NCBI GenBank assembly: GCA_965112735.1
Contig: OZ218964.1
Location: forward strand, 1,798,001-1,862,000
Direction of reading: 5' to 3'
Source of the DNA: Phaeosaccion multiseriatum
Taxonomy: Eukaryota; Protista; Ochrophyta, other classes
Length of the DNA stretch: 64,000 nt
Position 1 is the first letter of the stretch, and each line of letters opens with the position of its first letter. The notes under the pieces are model-generated. The model did no database searches. It saw only the letters and a program-made list of their open reading frames with translations, and had not been told where the DNA came from. Shown here piece after piece: positions 59,058-64,000 of this stretch. Made by a program: the position numbers and the translations under genes.

Positions 59058-60058
59058 TCACCCCGGCTCTCCTGGTCACTGCGCTCACCCCTCTCCCAAG
59101 AGGACAGTGCGGTGCCGCTATGCCATTACAGATGCGTTGTCCGTAAAGTCCCCTTTTAAATAGCGAAGCGCGACCTTCAGAGCCTCCACCTTCTCCGGCG
59201 AAACGCTGCTGCTCTCAAATATCTCGTCAATCTCACTGGCTTCAAGGCATCCAAAGGGAGACTCCTCACTCTCATCCTCGGGGATGAAGTCCTGAAGCAA
59301 CGGAGCAGCCGCACGAATTGCTTGGTGAGTCACCCCTCACCCCTATGAGCGATATGTTCAAAGCTTGAGCCACCTTGTGAGGTACGACCACGCACCTCGT
59401 TTCGTAGCTCCTTCTCCATAACCTCAATACTCAGTACCTTGGTCATCTCCAAGAGATCGCCCCCTGTCCACTGTGATGATCGTAGCCAGTGTTTGTGCGT
59501 GTGTTACAAGGGAGGAGGGAGAGTTGAGGGCGAGAGCAAGAGACACGGATTGTGGCCTGGCGGTACTCACCTTGGTGACGTCCGTGGACCCTGGTGGGTA
59601 CCGCTCGACGAAGGCTCGGAAATTCTCTGTCAAGCCCGCCTTTACGAGGTTCGGAAAGGCGGAGAAGAACCACGACATGTTGTAGCTCATTCTCTGATCG
59701 CTGCTTCCGAAAGCGTCTGGAGCCCCGGAGACGAGGATCACGTTTCAGGAGCGGCAGCCACGGTCTCGCGAGCCTGGTACAGGTTTACGGCCCCAACTAC
59801 GCGGCGAAAAGGAAGAGAAGAGACTATTTGGAAGAAGATCAGCCAGCGCCAAGAAAGCAAGTTACAGAAAAAGCCTACAGTTGGCGGTTGGGCCACCAAC
59901 TCGCTAGGCCAGCTAGACTCCATTTGTTAGACTTTGTGTTTGCGATTTGGGAAAGATGAAGGGCCTTCAGCAGCAGGTGGGCTTGCTGCTGTGGACCGTG
60001 CTCTGCATGTTTCTCAGAAACGCGTGGGCCTTCACCGGTGTCTCTTGGGCAAGCAAGA
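59058..60058 (-). repeat. Inverted segmental duplication, copy B (partner 35709-36701)
   Basis: Reverse complement matches copy A. Confidence 0.95.
59118..59690 (-). CDS. Small uncharacterised protein, copy B
   Basis: Same 3-exon structure as 36063-36641; differs by 4 synonymous and 2 replacement changes. Confidence 0.65.
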
Positions 60059-61150
60059 GTACGAGCGCAGCAGCAGCAGGGGAAGGGAGGTGTGTAGCGC
60101 GTCTATCCCGTCTCAGCATGAGCTCGCCACCGTCAAAGCCCGATTCTTCGCCCGAGCCACCGAAGAAGCACCTCTTCAAGTGCATTAAGGAGGGAGACGT
60201 GGAGACAGTCCGGCAATGGATGGCGGTGGGCATGCCGGGGAATATTGCCGACGTGTTTGGGGAGCCAGCACTCAACTTCGCGGCCTCTAAAGGTCGCCTT
60301 GATTGCATGCGGGTGAGTATCGAGTTGCGAATCCAAGTGGGCTCGTGGGTTCCCCTCGAGCTCATCTCCTCATTGGCGCTTCCACACCCGTGCGCAGGTC
60401 TTGGTCGATGGCGGAGCGACGGCCAATGTGAAATCAAACGAAGGGTGAGTGGAGATATTGGCCAGAGCTGGAGAAATGGTACAGCCCTTGCTCAAGCTGC
60501 TGCACGTGCTTCCCGCCTTGTTTGGTACAGAGGAGGAAGTGCCCTGCATAAGGCGTGCCGCAAAGGCCACATGGACGTTATCAAGTACCTCGTCGAAGAG
60601 GTAAGTGAGGGGAAAAACGGGGTGTCGGGTTCCTGCCCTTGAGTAGCATCCCTTGCTGACTTGCCCGCCCGCTCCTCCCACACACACAGCCACTCCGTTC
60701 TGGTTTTGTGCCCTTGAATAGCATCCCTTGCTCACTTGCCCACCCTGCTCCTCCCACACACAACAATTAACTCTTTTCACAGTGCCGGGCCAATGTGGAT
60801 GCTATGGACAACCGGGGAGATACACGTGAGGCAGGGAGCGTGAAAGAGACCAGCCAGAGCAAGGCGTATATACATTAATAACACCCCCTTTGCCCCTCAC
60901 GTTTTTGCTCGCAGCGCTAATGCTGGCATGCTACTGGGGCCAATTGCCAGCGGTGGAGTACCTTGTGAACGAGGCTGACGCCGACCTGTACATTTACAAC
61001 AATGAGGGCAAGCGAGCTGGGGAAGACTTTGAAACCATTGTGGACCAGGGAGAGGAGAAGAATGCTGTTTTCAGGAAAATTGCGAGCATCGTTCAGGCGG
61101 GGCGGGGCGGGCCGGATCCATCGCGACCTGCAGCCTTTCTCGACGCTTGA
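59956..61150 (+). CDS. Ankyrin-repeat protein with bipartite (signal + transit) leader, multi-exon
   Basis: Leader ...NAWA-F; GEPALNFAASKGRLDCMR, GGSALHKACRKGHMDVIKYLVEE, GDT|PLMLACYWGQLPAVEYLV. Confidence 0.88.
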
Positions 61151-61204
61151 CCAGAGTAAACCACAACCAACAACACGTGTGAGTTCGCATCTCCGCCCCA
61201 ACGA

Positions 61205-63492
61205 TTACATGAGGACTTGGTCGGTCCAAGAGCCGTGGAATGAATGGGGGAGATGATGACCCAATCTCGCCACCGCCACGGGGCCCTTGTCCATGTGCAT
61301 GGCATCCAGAATAACGAGCTCGCTCTGGTGTGTATGTGAGTCGTACACGTACGCAAGTACGTGTCCATCGCCGTCCTCAGCATCCGGTGATCGGGGCACG
61401 AATATGGGCTCCCCAGCGAAGCGACCCTCGCCAAAATCCGCCGTTGTCCACGTGTTGGTTTGTAGATCAATGCGTTGCAGCACATTGACCAACCCGGGAG
61501 CACCTTTCATTCCGTTGGTGTAAAGGTACCTTGTATACTGTGCATTCAGACAAGGTGGTGGTGGGGCTGTGCGGTCAGAAGCAAGGGGCCATCTCAAGAA
61601 CGCACTTGTTTCACAACTGAACGCCACAGGAACGGATAATCAATAGCATTACTGTCCTTTTTACCAACGCAACGGGTCAACAGCGTTGCACTCTTTTCAG
61701 CTCTGTCCTACCCAATACAACCAAGCGCCTGGACGGGAACTCACCTTTCCCTTGAAGCGCGGGTCGACCACAGGGTACTCAAAGGGAAGTGCTCCCTCCC
61801 CGGTCAGCTCTTTTCTGCTGAGCAGCTTGCCATTCGGGACGTCAAATTCAAATCTCCACAGTCTGAGCGTGTACAGAGGACAAGGTTGGGGACCATACAG
61901 TCAGCGATGTTCATAACAGGACCAGCAGTACCACCACCAGTAGCGGTAGCTGCAGCAAGACTCCATATGTATCTATACCTTGCCTCTCCTTCAGGCTCAA
62001 TGCGGTAGGTGTAAAGGTTGGCCAAGGCTGAATCGAGGGCAGGCCTCTCCTCTGGAAGTTGACAAGCCCCGAGTATGACCGTCTTCTCCACGCCAGTTTC
62101 TGGGTCAGTTTCAGCCCATGAGTTTGCGAAATGGTACAAGCTGGTGTACGGAATGGCAATGGTAGCCACTCTCTCCAGCGTATCCCTGGAGAAGAAGTGA
62201 ACGTCGGTGTTTTTCTCCGTCTCCTGGTTGAACAAGGCGGAGACAAAAGTGTCCAGCCCCAGCACCGCCTTGAGTCCTGCAAGCGGCCGGGGGTTGAAGG
62301 TTGGGAACAGACAGAAGTATTGCTCTGTCGCCGCCATGTCATGCGCCTGATGCCCCGATGCGTCCCTCTCGTAGTTGCTGGTCACGAGATTATCAATTCG
62401 CTCTCCGTCCTTGCTCTCGTAGAGGGAGACACCCGTGCCGATACCACCAAAAGAGACGAAGCCATCACCCTTAGATTGAACAAAAGGATGGGCTGAGAAA
62501 GAGACTCCCTTCGGAAGAGTACCGTGAAAGTCAAATAAACCCTTGCTCTCCAGAGAGACGGGGTCAAGCTCGTAAGGAGCAGAGCCCTCGTAGAGAGCTA
62601 GAAGGCGTTTGCCAATCATATGCACGCCGGTATTGGCCAGCGGAGAGGGAAGTTTGAAGATGTTTGACAACACACCGCCCTTCCGATTGCTGCCCAATCG
62701 TCTGACCGCAAAGAGAGAGCCCGTCTCCTCCCCTTGGCAAAACGCCTCCGTTCGGACGAATGCATTGGAACACATGACTTTTCCGCTTTCGGAAATGACC
62801 GCCTTTGAAACCATTCCGTCACCGTCAAACCAATGCGCTGTGATCTCCTTGCCCAGCCGTATCCTCCCAGGTCCCACCCTGCCAGCCATCAAGGGAGGGG
62901 ACGTGAGGGGGGGCGTTAGCCTCCAGGGAGCGTTAGCATCCAGGGAGGAGCAGAGGAGGGGCAAATCAGCAAGGAAGCGGGAGCACAAGAACAACAGATA
63001 CATCAACGGGTAGAGGGATAGCACAGACAGCGCCCAGCAGACTGTACCTAAGTAATGTACCGGTGAGTCCTTTGGGCACTTTGCCCTCCACGGCCACCTC
63101 TCGCAGGGCATGCTCTTTCGTGTGAGACGAGGGTGTGCATGTGTGCGTGTGTGGAAGAAGTAATGGGTATGTGTGTTGGAACAAGAGAGAGGGAAGCGAG
63201 TATGGGGGCAGGCGTCAACTTTGGAGGGGGGACTTGGGGGTGTTCTTCCACACAAGTGCACACCTTCTGCGGCCTCGAGTCCCCCCCGAAAGGGCTCCTC
63301 TCTGATCCTGCTTAAAAACGGCTCAGGCGGCCACTGCTTTCCTTTCGCCTCTCCCACCCCCCAATAGGACTTCCCTCCTGCAACTGCGCTTGAGCTCATC
63401 CGCATCCCCCCCGGTGCATTGAAGGCCTTGGCTGTAGCGAGAAGACTGCAGCAGTAGCCCGCGAAGGCGCATACCCGCACCAGCGTCCGCAT
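61205..63492 (-). CDS. Carotenoid cleavage dioxygenase (CCD/RPE65 family), plastid-targeted, multi-exon
   Basis: Leader ...TAKA-F; VEGKVPKGLTGTL, HWFDGDG, ANTGV, LLALYEG, four His motifs (SAHP, AHDM, YHFAN, FHGSW), FEYPVVD and GEPIFVP...EDGDGHVL. Confidence 0.93.
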
Positions 63493-63687
63493 TGCCAAGC
63501 TTTCTGGGGATCTCTCTGAATGAGGAGAGGAGAGCGACAAAATTGCAAAAGTAAAATGATAAGTCAGGGAAAGCCCGAGCCCAGGCAATCCGAGGCAGTT
63601 GGGATAACAAGGAGGAAAGCGAAAAAAAAACAGGGGAGGGAGGGAAAGGAAGGTCGGTATCTTCTTCTCGTAAGAGGCGTCAGCACT

Positions 63688-64000
63688 ATGGGAGGGGGGG
63701 GGGGGGCGCTCGCCCCTCCTGCGGCTGCTCACTCACTCTCGGAGCAAGTCGCAGCGGCGCTCTTCTACGGCCTCTCCTCTCTGCTCGTCATTTTCGTCAA
63801 TAAGGTACACCCACCGCCTGGTGGTGTAGACTATGCTATTTGAGCGTGGCGGAACTTGGCGGAGACATCACGCTTGTTCTACTTCTTCCACAGATCGTGC
63901 TCACAACCTATGGCTTCCCCAGCTTCTTCTTCTTGGCGCTGTGCCAGTTCGTAACAACGACGTTCACCATATACGTGAGTCCCTGTCTTGATTCCTTTGC
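63688..64000 (+). CDS. Nucleotide-sugar transporter (SLC35D/GONST-like), 5' part
   Basis: AALFYGLSSLLVIFVNK|IVLTTYGFPSFFFLALCQF; runs off the window. Confidence 0.82.

Noticed and set aside
59745-59747. TGA as selenocysteine or readthrough codon
   Set aside because: It aligns with Trp (TGG) rather than Cys in the other copy and no SECIS was identified; a simple nonsense or UTR change is more likely.

Overview
Gene-dense, GC-rich eukaryotic nuclear DNA with spliceosomal introns, many of them filled with microsatellites. Four proteins have a signal peptide followed by an (A/S)F-type plastid transit peptide, which points to an ochrophyte or other alga with a secondary red plastid (inference). 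About 25 protein genes are supported, many in tight head-to-head pairs: NAC-alpha (partial), PAM18, AN1 zinc-finger protein, PH-domain protein, MFSD14/HIAT1-like transporter, CDC123, UTP13/TBL3, a large Cys-motif/F5-8-like protein, proteasome beta-6, SirB/CbiX, CCDC81-like protein, a plastid DUF6464-like protein, a ubiquitin-like/hydrophobic-peptide fusion, an OTU deubiquitinase, mS33, a Kelch protein, UBA1, a Cu P1B-ATPase, an ankyrin protein, a carotenoid cleavage dioxygenase and a nucleotide-sugar transporter (partial), plus tRNA-Ser(AGA). Signals the ORF track does not show: (1) three consecutive UTP13 introns each hold a snoRNA candidate (a 233-nt C/D RNA, a 69-nt C/D RNA and an H/ACA-like RNA), and two of them carry antisense elements to the same LSU rRNA site; (2) a ~1-kb inverted duplication brackets a 22-kb block and duplicates an orphan gene plus the 5' end of the ankyrin gene; (3) a 144-bp MITE-like element; (4) a decayed copy of an OTU exon. 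Exon structures were inferred by eye, and rRNA target sequences and numbering were recalled from conserved eukaryotic rRNA, so both need checking.
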